Shown here: one piece after another, positions 39,315 to 52,823 of the stretch
How positions within the stretch are numbered: position 1 is the stretch's first letter
Layout: each line of letters starts with the position of its first letter
Source: Tubiluchus corallicola
Lineage: Eukaryota; Animalia; Priapulida
DNA length: 64,000 nucleotides
Direction: 5' to 3'
Assembly (NCBI GenBank): GCA_030141605.1
Contig: JAQGDQ010000027.1
Coordinates: 682,001-746,000, forward strand
Made by a program: the position numbers and the translations under genes
The notes under the pieces: generated by a model
What the model saw: the letters and a program-made list of their open reading frames with translations, nothing else
Database searches by the model: none
What the model was told of the DNA's origin: nothing

Positions 39315-41641
39315 TTATTAAAACAACTCGTTACCGTTGAAAACTGAATTATTGTGTTACTGAATTACGTACAAATAGCAAAAAACAATTTAAAATTGAA
39401 AAGGCCACAATAATTGTCTAAACAATATCATTTTTCACGCAGTTTGCCTAAAGTTACATGTATGAAAAACTTCATACATCAAGAGCAAACACGAGTTATG
39501 CAAATTAACCGTTAAGAAAACTTCAGACTAAACCTTCCAAAAAGCGTTTCATTTCACTTTCTATAATTTTCACCATTCAGTAATCTAATTAAATATTGCA
39601 AAATCGATGTATAATGTCTAATAGTTCTACATTTTTGTTCAAAATTTTTTTCTTTATTTCTGGTCAATCTTTGACCTGTTTGTTCTCTTGTTGCTGGATA
39701 AATTTCTGCGTCTTAAGTGAATCTACTAAATTTGTAACATATAGCATATGAGCTAACCATGGAACTCATAACTTGTGAAATATCTGATGCTCAGTGTAAC
39801 GCATTTGTGTCAAAAAACACTGCAATGTTATTATTGTTTATGCGCTAACGATAAGTGTCTAGGCTTCCTGTTTTCTTCTACCCTAGATTCCGGCGGTGTT
39901 TATGAACGCCAGACCTGCCTTTCGTTTTCTCTATTTACTGTTTTCCGCCTGCAGCACTTTACCGTGTCGTCAGCTCGTTTTACCAATTCTCCCTACAGCA
40001 GTGTAGAAGCCCTTCTGCATCTTAGCACACCGCTTAAAATAGAAGAACCGCTGCCTATCAGGTGGGCGTAGCATAGACTCGAAAATTTACTGCTTTCATC
40101 GTAAGCAGCTAGTTGTTTTTAATTAAAAACGCAATAAGGCTGCTGAACCCGAAAGAAAACAAAGTTTTTTAGGCTATAACATTTGCAAGATGAAAACTTG
40201 TTTCCATGTTGAAAACAATTTCCACTGCACTAATTATTTTAGATGCCCACGATCAATGACTCTAATTCCCACAGAGAAAAGCGTAAGCAGCAAGCCATTG
40301 TCCATAATCCGTAAGCCATAAGGTGTCTTCCATGTTCCTCAAGGCGTATATCATAATCCGCAGTATACTCCTTACTCTGTGTCAATAGTAATGCATTTTG
40401 CCACAATCAGTTTCAGCAATGCACGTATCTAATTGAAATATTAGTAAAATAATGTGCTTAAAAACTGTTTTTAATGTTTATGTTAGGCCATTCTGTTATG
40501 AATTCTTATGGCATAAATGAATTGTGAACTGTAAACACTACAAACATGCTAATGACTGAACAAGCGATGACTCAACATGCCTTATGGCAAATGAAATTAA
40601 TGGCCTAATTCATTTCGCAATAAGGCGCCTTACGAACCGTTCAAAACGGCCTGTGAGGAGCCTACCGCGGATTATAGCTGACGGTTCACGGTAGGCAAAC
40701 CACGGTAGACGGAAGATAGCAAATGTGACAGGAATCATTGTTAAGCATACGTTCATTTTTTATAAAGCGGCTTTTTCTCTTCACGGCTTATTTTACGGTT
40801 TATGTCCAGCTCTATGTGACACGGGTCTAAGTTTTCTTGTTACAGTAATCCTGCGCAAATTTGCGACAGATTCCAAAGCAAACAATAGTGGACATCTCTT
40901 AAAATTTTTAATGTTAAACCGGTACACAAAACCAGTACAAAAAGTCTTGAACAGGACCTAACTAATTATTGCGGTTTCAGTGGTAATGTAGGTCAAATGT
41001 ATCTGCGAAGAAAAGAATCCTGAACTGCTGACAGCTAATGAATACCACAAAAATAGATCAGCCTGGAGAAATAATGGTAATAGGAGCTAGTAGTTCTTCA
41101 AATAAAGTGAGATTTAATTGCATGAACAAATGCACAAACAACTTATATAGACGAAAACCTGATCTAAATCAAGAGTAGCTGAGTCGAGCTTGTTTACGCG
41201 CCCGGACGTCCGCATCTATATAAAAAGTATGAACTTTTCTGCACTGTCTACTATTGTGGAGAGCACTCACGCTTTTGAAATTTGCTTTCTAGTGCTACAA
41301 ACTTTTCAAAACTAAAAAGAGTAATTTTATTAATATTTGCTAACTCGCACCGCGCCTCATTAACTATGACCGCAAAAAGTCCGCGGTTTACCTTTGATCT
41401 AAATCTAACTATGAAGAAATATAAAAAGCGAATTGCAGCTGGGTGGTCTTCGATAATAATTCAGTTGTTCAATTTTCTTTGCTTGGCAGCTTGTTCTGGT
41501 TATAATATTTCTTCTACTTTGAATATTGCCATTAATTTGGTCAATAGAGAAGAATGGCCCATTCTTGTGAGTGAGCATTTACAAAATTGTTTGCAGATTG
41601 CAATATTGCCCCGTTATTTACTTCGTCAGTGGAGGATGCAC

Positions 41642-42200
41642 CAAGGATGAGCAGATGAGAGCTAAGGACGGGGTTTGATCAAGATCAGCAACAATTTTTG
41701 CGGATCGATGAGATGCGGAATTATTATTGAAAATAAGGAAGAATGAGGTCCGGATGCGGATAAAAATATTACGCGGATCGGATCTTTGCGGATTACAATT
41801 ACATAAATCATCGAGTTAATCCGCAACTTTGATAAACAATTGCGCGTGCGGGAAGTGCACCCTACTGTTTAGCAAATGAGTCCGTTTTTTTATATAGTCG
41901 TGCTGATATTACCTAACTATGCAGAAATACTTTGTTTGTTTCGACAACGGAGTAGATTCTGCAAAGCAGCCCAAAGGATTTTCATTATATTATCACATAT
42001 TACTATGTACGGTAGGTGCATGTTTTTCAAAATGTAAGTTCTCATTACACAGAATTTGCTGAAAGAATTCACTCCCATTGTCGTAAATAAATATGAATTA
42101 AAATATTAGTCCTGTGAGCAGGATTGCAGATTTGAAATTTGTGGATCGAGAATGAGTCGCGGATTTGAAATAATTAGTTGCGGATAGCAGTTCATCCCTG
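41642..42200. mobile_element. Degenerate hAT-like MITE with GCGGAT subterminal repeats
   Basis: Ends CAAGGATGAGC and rc CAGGGATGAAC, many internal GCGGAT motifs; TSD not evident. Confidence 0.4.
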
Positions 42201-43344
42201 ATATGAACTCGATTCTTGTCGGTTTAATGCACTTCGTTGATAGTTAAATAGATTCCGGTCCTTCCACAACTACTGCAAGCAAGTCCTGCCTGCAAGAGCT
42301 GAGTGTTTGATTCAGGCTGACAAAGTTCTGAACTGTATAACAAAAATCACTGTATATCGCAAATAAAGTAAAACTTAGATAATAGAATTTATTTTTAAAT
42401 TGCAAAGATCGATTTGTTTGATATGTTTGTTCTTACGACTGCCATTACATATGAATCTAAATTTTTATGTTGTTTTATACTATTTATTTAAAACTCGTCG
42501 AAGTGAGAAATCGGAGATCAAATGCGTTTTGATTGTGCTTGAAAACTTCCAAGACTTTCAGCTAAGTCAATGGCTTCGCAGACGTAGCATGCATAAATCT
42601 GTCAAAACTGATTAACACTTTGCGACTCATTCTCTCTCTCTATCTCTCTGTCCATCTGACATGAGAATTACAGCTGAGAAAATTCTTGAATTTATACGAT
42701 AAACCGCGAATGTACTTGGTCATAATAGGCGAGAATAGTTGTTGTGAGCAGAGCAGTTTTTTTACTGTATTAATAATTTGCTTAATTAATGTGTAAAATT
42801 GCTGTGTTCACAGCATTGTACAGCGTCAAAACATAAAAAATGAAAAGAAATAATAGAGAGACAGAAATAAAAACATGCATTTTTAGCATAAGCTAAATAA
42901 AGAACATGTTTTTAGTTTCGCTTTAAAAGTGCCAATATTAGTGGTACATTTAATAGAAACATTACGGGGCGGTTAGCACGGAGATTATGCTTAATGATAA
43001 CAATATACAGACACAATAAACAAAAAATACCACAATAAAACAATAATACGGCCCTTCGGTCAAATATTGTGGACTATCCGACATCAATTATCAATTATTA
43101 CTTTTATCAATTATCGGATTTATCAATTAAAGATTTATCGATGTGTGTAATTAATACACATAGTATTTTGTGTGTTTGTGTGTATATAGTAATTTACTTT
43201 TTAGTGTGATATATGGCAGTGTTGAAATAAAAGGAAAACACAAAGACAAAGACAAGATATATTTACAGTCGCTCGTTTAACAGACAAGCACTAACTGTTG
43301 CTTACACTTGCAATTATACAGGTAAGGACACACATGCAACCAAC

Positions 43345-43447
43345 AAGTAACATGTAGGACATATGTCTTGGGGTTTCCAACCACTGGACTCGAATTCAGG
43401 ACTGCGTGGTTGCAGCCTATAATCGAGACCACTTAGCCACACAGGAC
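43345..43447 (-). mobile_element. tRNA-derived SINE head
   Basis: Minus strand GTGTGGCTAAGTGGTCTCG..TGCAAC..GTCCTGAATTCGAGTCC; same family as 13860-13950. Confidence 0.6.
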
Positions 43448-46400
43448 TAAAAAAGAGAAATGATTTGTACTGAAGCGAATTCTTGTCTCCAAATGTCGTG
43501 TATTCTGTATTGTGGGATTTTTATTAATCATGGGATGGTTATTCCATATCTTGGAGTCTCAAATGCAAAAGCAATGTTATACTACAGCAAAGGAATGGCA
43601 AAGGTTACTGCTTCTGAGAAAGGGTTTTTTGTCATAGTAGCATGCAGTGAAAATTAACCACACGCAAACAGCCGTACAGTTCTATTTTGCATTTAACGCA
43701 CCATTTTCTAAACCAAAAAATCTCAAAATCAAGTAACGAGGTACACGTTCCTGATTTTTATCTTTTTAAAGCAACATGTAAAATTCATAATTCAAGGGGA
43801 AAATACACGTCTGTGGAGCAACCCTCACTTCTATGATTGCTATTTAAAATGAGTGGCCCTCATATACAAATTATATCAAGATAATAAACCGCATATTCGT
43901 CTTAGTACTTGTGTATAGTTAGCCGAAAAGTACTTTTTCTTCTTAATATTCTCCCTGATTTTAACCTCCATTTAAATACATTCAAAGCAATTATACAAAT
44001 TATACAAAACCAACTGTCATTGACTTAATAGGATTAGTTAAGCTTACACTAAACAAACTCTGTTCATCATAGCCACTGGCTTCCAGCAGCGACTAGCTGG
44101 GTAAGTCAACACACAAGCCGTGGCACTCAGGATTAGAGAATATGGCTTCTGAGCCAGCAGTGTTCGCCTGAGCAGTGTGTATGTGTGTGTGTGTGTGTGT
44201 GAAACCTCAGCATCTATTTACAAACGGCAGCCAGTTCTCGAGTTGCAGGAATAGACCAGTAACCGCCTCTGTGAGTGAAACGTTGAATTTATGCGTTAAA
44301 TAATTTGTAACTCTTCTTGTTTTGACTGTTAGTTGCTAACACAGAGATATCCAGTTGCAAACGTTTCGAGATCTAAAGAATTTCAGTCGACTGAAAGGTA
44401 GATGTGCTACATCGTGCCGCAATAATGCACGCTTTTGAGAAGGAGTAGGTAAAACTGTGATTCCCGATGAAAAGTGCGAATCATTGCTCTTTTGGGTTTG
44501 CATTCCTAAATTGTTTTCTTCCTAGAATGTTTGCAAAAGCTCGACAAGGATAATGCACGAAAAGAAAACTAAACGACTCAAGTGCTCGGGCAGTCTCCAC
44601 TAGTAAGTACATCTCAGCATTAAAGCGTGTTTTCGTTTTAATTTCAGATAAACCGTTTCTTTTCCAGCTTCTTTTGGTGATGTTTAGGTATTGGTATGCA
44701 TTGACGAAAGCTTAGAGAAAATAGGGAAGACACTGAACAGCTGCTGCGGCACATGATTGATGGACCCGTCTTCCCAAAGGTTCTTTGAAATTCGTGTTCG
44801 GCACATGATACAGTTCAAGTTTAGAAATGGGATCACAGCGAACGCATCTGTAAAAACAAGCCCGTTTATTTAATTAACATACCTCACAACATAAAAAGAA
44901 GCGATCTTCCATCATTAGAAAGCCTTAGAAAGGTGAGATTGTACACCAGTTGCATATGTCAATAAAAACTGCACTGATGCATACTTTTTGCACCATTACA
45001 TAGGCTTCTCTGATACAAACTATGCACAGTCTTCTACGCATTATTATTATACTTTTTGTTTCAGGCAAAAATGTCCCACATGCAAATATTTACATAATTA
45101 CAGATACAACTAAGATTGGTTGATTAAAAAGTAAAACCCACATTAGTTGAATAAAAGTTTTAGCAGACAACAGCACAGGTTATGTAAGACTTTCATACGG
45201 GATATCGTGCATAACAATCATTTTCTGTTTCACTATTCCGGTTTCATTTTAGAATGACAGAACACCTTTGCATGGTATACCATTGCAAAGTGTTTACAGC
45301 GTCTACGCTGCCATTTATTAAGTTTTGATGGATTTCAGCAGTTTATGTACTTTTTTCGGCACTGCCCTGCACGTTTTTTCAGCCTCTGCACGTTTTAGTT
45401 CGCCATTGTATTAGTACAGAAGTAGGATGTACATGAGATTTTTCAGCACACCAGATGCATCACTTAAACGGGTGAATCAACCTAGACCAGACTGAAGTTC
45501 TGGTCTTCGTGCTACTTTACAAATGCCCCACCATTATGGTTGAAGAAAAGGGAATTTTAAAGTATTTCAGAAGGAACTAACCACACAAAGTTATATTACT
45601 GAGCATTATGATTTCCTGTTTGAAAGACGTGTATAATTGGAAATAAAATTCTTCATAATTTAAAATATTCGCTCCACCTGGTGAAACGGCACTGCATCGC
45701 TATCCCAGTGTGAACAACTGATTCACCAAAAATACATCTTATTCACAATATACAGTAATTTAAACTTTTGTTCGGTTAGTGAACATGTGCTACGAATACT
45801 TTGATTATTTTTTCAAATTTTACTCAAAGTTATCTAAAGTTGTTTCAAAAGACTTACCGGAATTTAAATTTTATTATACTATGAAACTGCTAACGTAAGT
45901 CCTGTATGCAACAAGGCAGCATGTAAGTGATAAATAATTTCTAAAAGATTTTTTCAAGTTTTATTTATGGAGAGTGTTTCTTAAATTTTATTTATGAATA
46001 ACGTAAGTGATATAAAATTTCTAGTAGTTTTTTTAAAGTTTTATTTATGAAGAGTATTGCTATGCTTTGCCTCTGTTTTGTGAAATTATGGAAAATAGGC
46101 GTAGCCAAGTGCTAATATGAGTGGTACTAAGTTCTTTCGTTAAGAAACTCTCCGTGTACACATTACAGTGAACCCTCCATGTACACATATACTAGGCCTG
46201 TACAACTTGTATATTTACTTTTACTTTGAGCTTCGACACCAATAACGGCTATTTCTAAACCTCTGGTAGACTAACTACTTGACGAAAGAGATATCTTGAG
46301 AAAATAAGGTCACGCGGTTTTTCGGTCTTGGGTCATTTGTTACCGGCGCGTTAACAGGTGAACGAATGTAACAGCCTGTTCAGAAAATTATCTCATGTTA

Positions 46401-46907
46401 TCAATAGGTTAACAAGTTGAATTCATTTCCGTAATCTGAAGCTGGTATGTTTAGCTGTGGCTGGCATAACTGTATCAGCCTTCAGCGCATAGAAAGAAGC
46501 CCCCCGATGCTGAAGCCATATGGTGTCGACTGACTAGGAAACATTGGTACAAAATTGCACTGTTATCGAATCACCAGCTTAAAATACCTTTACTGAGTAC
46601 ACTGCTAATGAAAGTTTTTCTTAACGTAAATAGTGAAAATGTTTTTCATAGAACTACAGCTCGTTTTATAGCTTTACGACTTCCAAAGTTAGGTTTTAAG
46701 ACAGTTATTTATAACCAGTAGAGCTATTAAAAGTAACGAAATACTAATTGTTGATGTATGCCTTTAATAATAAAACTTACTATTTCTGGCAAAATTTTAC
46801 CGAAAATGTTAATAGAAATAAAGGACGTCTGCATAAGCAACATAGAGTACTAAGCAACTAAGAGTAGCACTGTAAAATATTTCCAAGATATTTCCAAGCA
46901 TTTCCAT

Positions 46908-47582
46908 GGCGCATTTTACAGTGAGGGCGCGCGGCAAAATTCCCCGTGCAGTTCCTCGCGAGGAATTCTGCCGCCAGCTAGAACCTATGCGTCCTCCTCG
47001 TGAGGAATTTTGGCGCATGGTAGAAATACTGTATGTTCCATTTTCGTTAGGAATCGTCACAGAATTCAGTCTTAAGTTTAACTAATCAGTTACTTCTTTC
47101 TTATTTAACGAACAACAGTTAGTACATTTCAGCAGCACAAAACTCCAAGATTTAATCTCTATTTTAACAGACTGACGATTTTGTGTTTTATTAATGCAAC
47201 ATCGATGGCTACATTCGTGAAAAAAATAGCGCACGCATATATTCATTTTAAATATGTATAATTTCAGATTTTGAGGTGGTTTGTAGAACTTTAGTAAAAA
47301 ACAAACAGGTCTGGCATTGCATTGATTAATATTATTAATTGTACTTTGTATATGAGAAATACGGCAAGTATAGCTTAATTTAGACATGATTATGCGCTAT
47401 AAAACTCGCAAAGTAACTGCAGCTAACTGGACGCGAGGAAAAAACGTGTGATTTCACTCTGACATGAACGTTCTTGCTGTATCGGATTTCGAGAAAAATT
47501 CGAAATTTTCAGAAAATTTTCTGATTTTCTGACAGCAATTCCGTGCGTCATTTTTCCTTGCGTCCTCACTGTAAAATGGGCC
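46908..47582. mobile_element. PIF/Harbinger-like MITE
   Basis: TIRs GGCGCATTTTACAGTGAGGGCGC and rc GGCCCATTTTACAGTGAGGACGC; TAA on the right flank. Confidence 0.7.
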
Positions 47583-49199
47583 TAAGGCTATCTATAACAA
47601 GCAAAGGGTAGGCAATGCAGAGCGTGAGCGGCGGTAAGTGAAACGGATTACCCGTCACTTTAAACTTCCATTAAATGCTTATATTTTAGGATCCCAAGGG
47701 CACATGTGCACGCTGCTAAAGATTCAGATTAATTCCCGGCCGTATTCAGATGACGTTAAGAAACGTCGTAAAAGCTCATGCACCGCATGCGATTCTCTTG
47801 CGGACGAAGAAACGGTTGCGACAAAATGAAAAATCCAGCTTCTTGTACAATAGCAGTGCAAATAGAAACTTCTTCGCACTTTAGTAACTCAGTGACTGAG
47901 AATAGAAACTTAAATGGTATGAATTAATTTGCCTTTTCTCGGCGTATTACATCGTTGATTTATGCGTGTGGCTACAGGGTTTTAAAACTGATCATTATCG
48001 GTTCTAGAGCATGCTCATATGGCGGGATTCTACAGCGTGCATGACAGTGGATATAGTAAGCTCTAGGTCAAGGGTCCTTTTTTGTTAAGTGTGTCCATCT
48101 TTGACCGACGTAGTTAACAAACGTTTGACCCCTATCCCATTAACCTGATACAGAACATAAAAAGGCAATTCACTACTCTGATTAAGTCAATCACCTCACG
48201 CGCTTTGGTTAACCAGACTCACCAAAATTTCAGTTACTAAAGTTAGTCGAATTTTCATCAAATGTGATTCGGCAACGACTCATATAGTCGCAAAAGTTTT
48301 TATTGACATATTTTCCGGAGAGTACCATCCATACGTCAAAGTATGAGTTTTGGGACAATATTTCTTCAACGACATATACAGTTGTGGGTTTGTTCCTCCA
48401 CTACTGAAAAACCCTTCTGAAAGTGTTCTTTAAAAACCTTTTATGTGGGATTTTATATAAAAGGATTAGTTTTTCGCGAAGAAAATCCTTCAGACATATC
48501 AGCTAATATTGTGCAATGGCTTAAGATAAGATAACATAAGTTAAGATAAACATTAATTTTACGTCGAGTTTAAAAACACATAACTACAAGCTGCAAAAGC
48601 TGGTGTCACCGATGAATAAATAAGATTATTCAGCTACGGTTAAAAACTAATTTAATTAAATACTGTACAATTAAGAAGAGACTGCCAGTTTCTTGATTTG
48701 CCTAAATTTCCTGCAACGTTTCGTTTTGCCAAGTTTGCAATTTTAAAGACTAAAAATCATTTGAGCAAGTGCAAACAAATACAATCAAATTAGTTACACT
48801 ATTCAGTCTCTGAAAAAAGATGAAAATCCGGAGTTTAAACAACTTATGATGTGCAAATGCAATTTCAAAAATTTATTTTAATGAAATTTCTTTCATTTAT
48901 ATAGCAGTACCTTTAAAAACAAATAGTAATTATAATCCATTTTCTACCTTTAAAAATATAAGCTAAAGCCTACACCATTATTACAGATTCTGGCACTGAT
49001 GATACCAAGCGGCAAAAATTTTTGTTAGCATGAAGAGCAAATATGATTATTCTTAAAGCTCTAGAGAAATTAAAATTTTTACTTTTCAAACCTATTGTAC
49101 TTCTATCTATGGAATATCCATATAGAGAAATTTCTTTCCCTATAACTACAGGAATCTTAAAATTACTTACAATAAGTGGCTTACAAAACTATTCTCACC

Positions 49200-49648
49200 T
49201 CAGTATTTTTGCAGTACTAGACAAATGTGTTTAGATTACGACACCCTTATTTTGATGTTATAGTTAACGCTCAGCTTACTCTCTATTTGTTAGGCTACAA
49301 AATTCACAAAACTTCTTTGTGGAATGTGTTTTGAACTCAGACATCTATTTTCAGTTTGAAATATATAGACGCATTTGAAAAGAACTAGACGTTTAACATT
49401 CGTTTAGGCGTTTAGCTATAGGCAACTGAAATTAGATCGCAAGTTTAAAATGAAGGTAAAAACGATAGACGTCTCTTGAATGAATTCTTTTATATCTGTA
49501 ATTGTAATATTTTTATTATTTCTTAACAATTATAGTTTTAAGTGTTTTTGTAAGTATAATTGTAAATGTACTTGAGTGTGTATGATTGTGTGTGTACTTT
49601 TATGTAATTAATGACCTAGCTGTCAAAATAAGTGAATAAATAAATAAT
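49200..49648 (+). mobile_element. Degenerate LINE 3' remnant
   Basis: Decayed PYFD..RLQNSQN..AFSYR-like peptides, T-rich 3' UTR, (AATA)n tail. Confidence 0.4.
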
Positions 49649-51134
49649 GTAAACTATGTAGCACGAATGTACTGAACTTCGAATAATTACAGAACAGCAC
49701 GTACATCGTTCTCCGTTCGGTGAAACAACGAGCTTTAAGCTTTACAAAAGTAACAAAGTGGTAGAGTGATGTTTTTCTCTTCTTTATTAGTAAAGGAGAT
49801 GAAAAACAGTCCTTATACCACTTTATTGTTTTTAGAAAAGCTAAAAGCTCATTGTCCGATAACTCATTAGGCCATTTTAGCAAACTAGATGTAAAACTTA
49901 AGCCTACACATTTTATAATGCTTATTATACAAGCGTTGATTTAAAATTTTACACGACTTATTTTGAGTATAGAATGTGGCTGCAAAATTATATCGTTGAT
50001 TGCCATGTTGCAACTGAAAATTCAGAAATCCATCGGGCATTTCTAAAGGAAACAGCAAACAAGACTTTGCAACAGAGCTCCCGCGGGGGCTTAAACTAGC
50101 GACACATCTATTGCGTTAAGAGCAGTTTGTGCAAAATTAATCACATGAACATTAATTATTTCTGCCCACAACCGCGCCGTGAAGCTAAAATTGAAAACTT
50201 TACAAGAAAAATGGCCTGTAAATCAAAGAACACAGTCTGTAAACCAAAAATGTGTGGATACAGATCATACGTGAGAAGACAGAAGCAAAAACCTATGTAG
50301 CAACCCACTTGCAAATTGACAGCTTCAGTGTCGCTATTTATATGCTTATTTTGATCTTAAAATTCCTAATTCATTAAGATCCTATCCACAAATGATGATT
50401 TAGTGCATCCCTGACACAAGAGAAATCGTTGGCGGGAGTAGTGTTTCCACTATTATTTCTACTAAACATATAAATAGTGGATGAACTTTTCTGCGATAAA
50501 AAATTAATGACTCGCACTTGTGCGTGGATTTTGCCCTATTTTAATACGACAAGATCTTAGCGCCGACTGAATAACCAAAGTGCACTGGGGGATCTGAATA
50601 ATTCCTAGCCATGTAAAGTCGATTTGTACATCAATATCGATCAACATGTTCCTAATTCCTGCAAGGGGGAAAAACAAACATGAGCTCTCATGGGACAACC
50701 TTCTTGTATGCCACGAAAGAATTTCAGAGCCTACATTCAGTTTGGTAAGGACCGTTAGTGCAATTATCAACTCTAGTTGTATAGCGACTAATATACAGGG
50801 TGCCCTGGAAATCGGGAATCATTTTATGCTGCGTTGACATGTATAGAGCGCTTGAGAGTCAGAATTAGTGCTTAAATGCTTGAGAGATACAAGATATAGA
50901 TAATGACGATGAGGAAAAATCGTGCTGGAGTGACGGATTCAGGAGCCAACACCTTCCAGCAACCTAAAGCGAGTAGAGAAGAGAAACGAAGAGGATCTGC
51001 GCATGTCTGGGGTGATTGGAGACGAATTTAACAGTTCTGGAGCTTCGACTGAACCTGTGTGTTGGAAAAGACCATGGTTATTTTGAGCATTTTGAATATG
51101 ATTCCAGACATTTGGGATACCCTGAAAAACTATG

Positions 51135-51136
<2 letters not shown>

Positions 51137-51176
<40 letters not shown>
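51137..51176. repeat. (TA)n microsatellite
   Basis: Direct inspection. Confidence 0.9.
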
Positions 51177-51179
<3 letters not shown>

Positions 51180-52002
51180 TTCACTGTTTCCTGGAACAAC
51201 TTAATGAAAAACTGTTATAGTCAAACAAAACAATCAGAAGGATTATATCAACATGTCTGCTAAGATAAAGTTGGAGAACACAGATATTTCAGAAATTTCT
51301 GTTGTTAATTTGTGTGGAACATTCCGCATAGAAAGCGGCACGAGAGAATGTCGAAATATCTGCGCGATTTTAACTTTACTTTAACTTTGATATATATGTT
51401 CAGATACATCCTTCTAACGCATTTGTTCTGAACTTAAAATATCTAAGGCATGAATCTGCATCGTCAAAATGAAGAAGACGTAACAATCATGAAAACCCTG
51501 AAAAAGTTGTTTAGTCTGTTGACCGCACAGCTATTTCATCACTATTTCAAGGACGTTCAGCAACTATTACGCCAACTACAAAATGCTGAAAAATGGCGTA
51601 CGCACACAAGATAAAATTTAATACAGGTGCCCATAAGAATGATTGTGGCTAACAATTCGGAAAAAATATTTGCAAATTTCAATTTCTGTTAAATGCGCCT
51701 AAATTCTGAATGCGTAGAATGCTAAACGTGTTGAGCGCATGCAGAAGTTGGTGAACTCTCCCCGTGGTATGTTTATTGTTGTTGTTAAATAGACCGCCCT
51801 TTACCGCAACATTCTGCTAACATGTTTAGAGGAAACGTTAGTAAAACGAGCAGCTGAGTTCAAAATCATCTGATCTGCAAGTTACTTTTAGTTCCTCTCT
51901 TGTGTGACCCACTCGGGAAACTAAATCAAAGCTTACAGGTTTCATATGTATAAAGAAATTGCACAAACATATGCGTCTAGGAGCCAATTACCCTGTAATG
52001 AA

Positions 52003-52058
<56 letters not shown>
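52003..52058. repeat. (TA)n microsatellite
   Basis: Direct inspection. Confidence 0.9.
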
Positions 52059-52070
<12 letters not shown>

Positions 52071-52468
52071 ATGTAATTTGGTGTGCATCTTAGATTAGAT
52101 TAGATTAGGTTAGATTAGTTTATTTTCAGCATAAAAGCCGTACAAAAACATAAAAATGTTGCATCACACTACAATAAAATAATAAAATACAAGTTGCAAT
52201 AAATATCTACTATATATTATGCATTCAGTAAAAAAAGCATTCGCAGGATTCATTCACGAAGCATTCGCATCTGTAAGTAGTAACGTTAGCTTGAAACCAC
52301 GGTTGTTGAGATTGGAATTAAGAGACATTTAGGTGCATGCGTTATGCGTTATGCACCTGCGGAATAGCTGCGTATAAAAAACCTCAATAGAAAATAGCTG
52401 CAGAAAAAAATAACGCATAAAGTAGCGTTCATGTAGCATCCGGATAAGTATGTTGATGCGTTTCCAAC

Positions 52469-52823
52469 CAGGGCCTATTTCGGGGGGGGGGGGGGAAGTG
52501 GGGATACTTCCCCGGGGCCTCACCTCTAGGGGGGCCTCGCGCCAAGGTAACATTTTTTTGCTTTATGCGAACATACTGCCTCCTCTCTCCCTCTCTTGCC
52601 GCACGCGCGCCGTTTGCAAGTATTGACAAGTATTAAGGACTGGTCTTGAGAATAAAGCAGTTTTTTTCAATTGTTCTTTCCTTTAACAACTGTATAACTC
52701 CATATTTTCTCTTCGAAAATGCTTCTCCGGCGTTTTAGCAGTTCAAAAATGTTCTGGGCGCCAACCATGGTGGCGCCACACGCCCCACTTCCCCGGGCCT
52801 CGCTTAGGCTGAAATAGGCCCTG
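52469..52823. mobile_element. Non-autonomous hAT element (355 bp)
   Basis: Perfect 13-bp TIR CAGGGCCTATTTC / GAAATAGGCCCTG; perfect 8-bp TSD TTTCCAAC at 52461-52468 and 52824-52831. Confidence 0.92.

Noticed and set aside
50075-50100. GC hairpin followed by CTAG (Helitron 3' end)
   Set aside because: Spacing is short and no 5' TC end or A/T target can be identified
50840-50941. TGA read-through or selenocysteine extension of ORF 50939-51199
   Set aside because: No homology and no SECIS recognised; the downstream peptide is unremarkable
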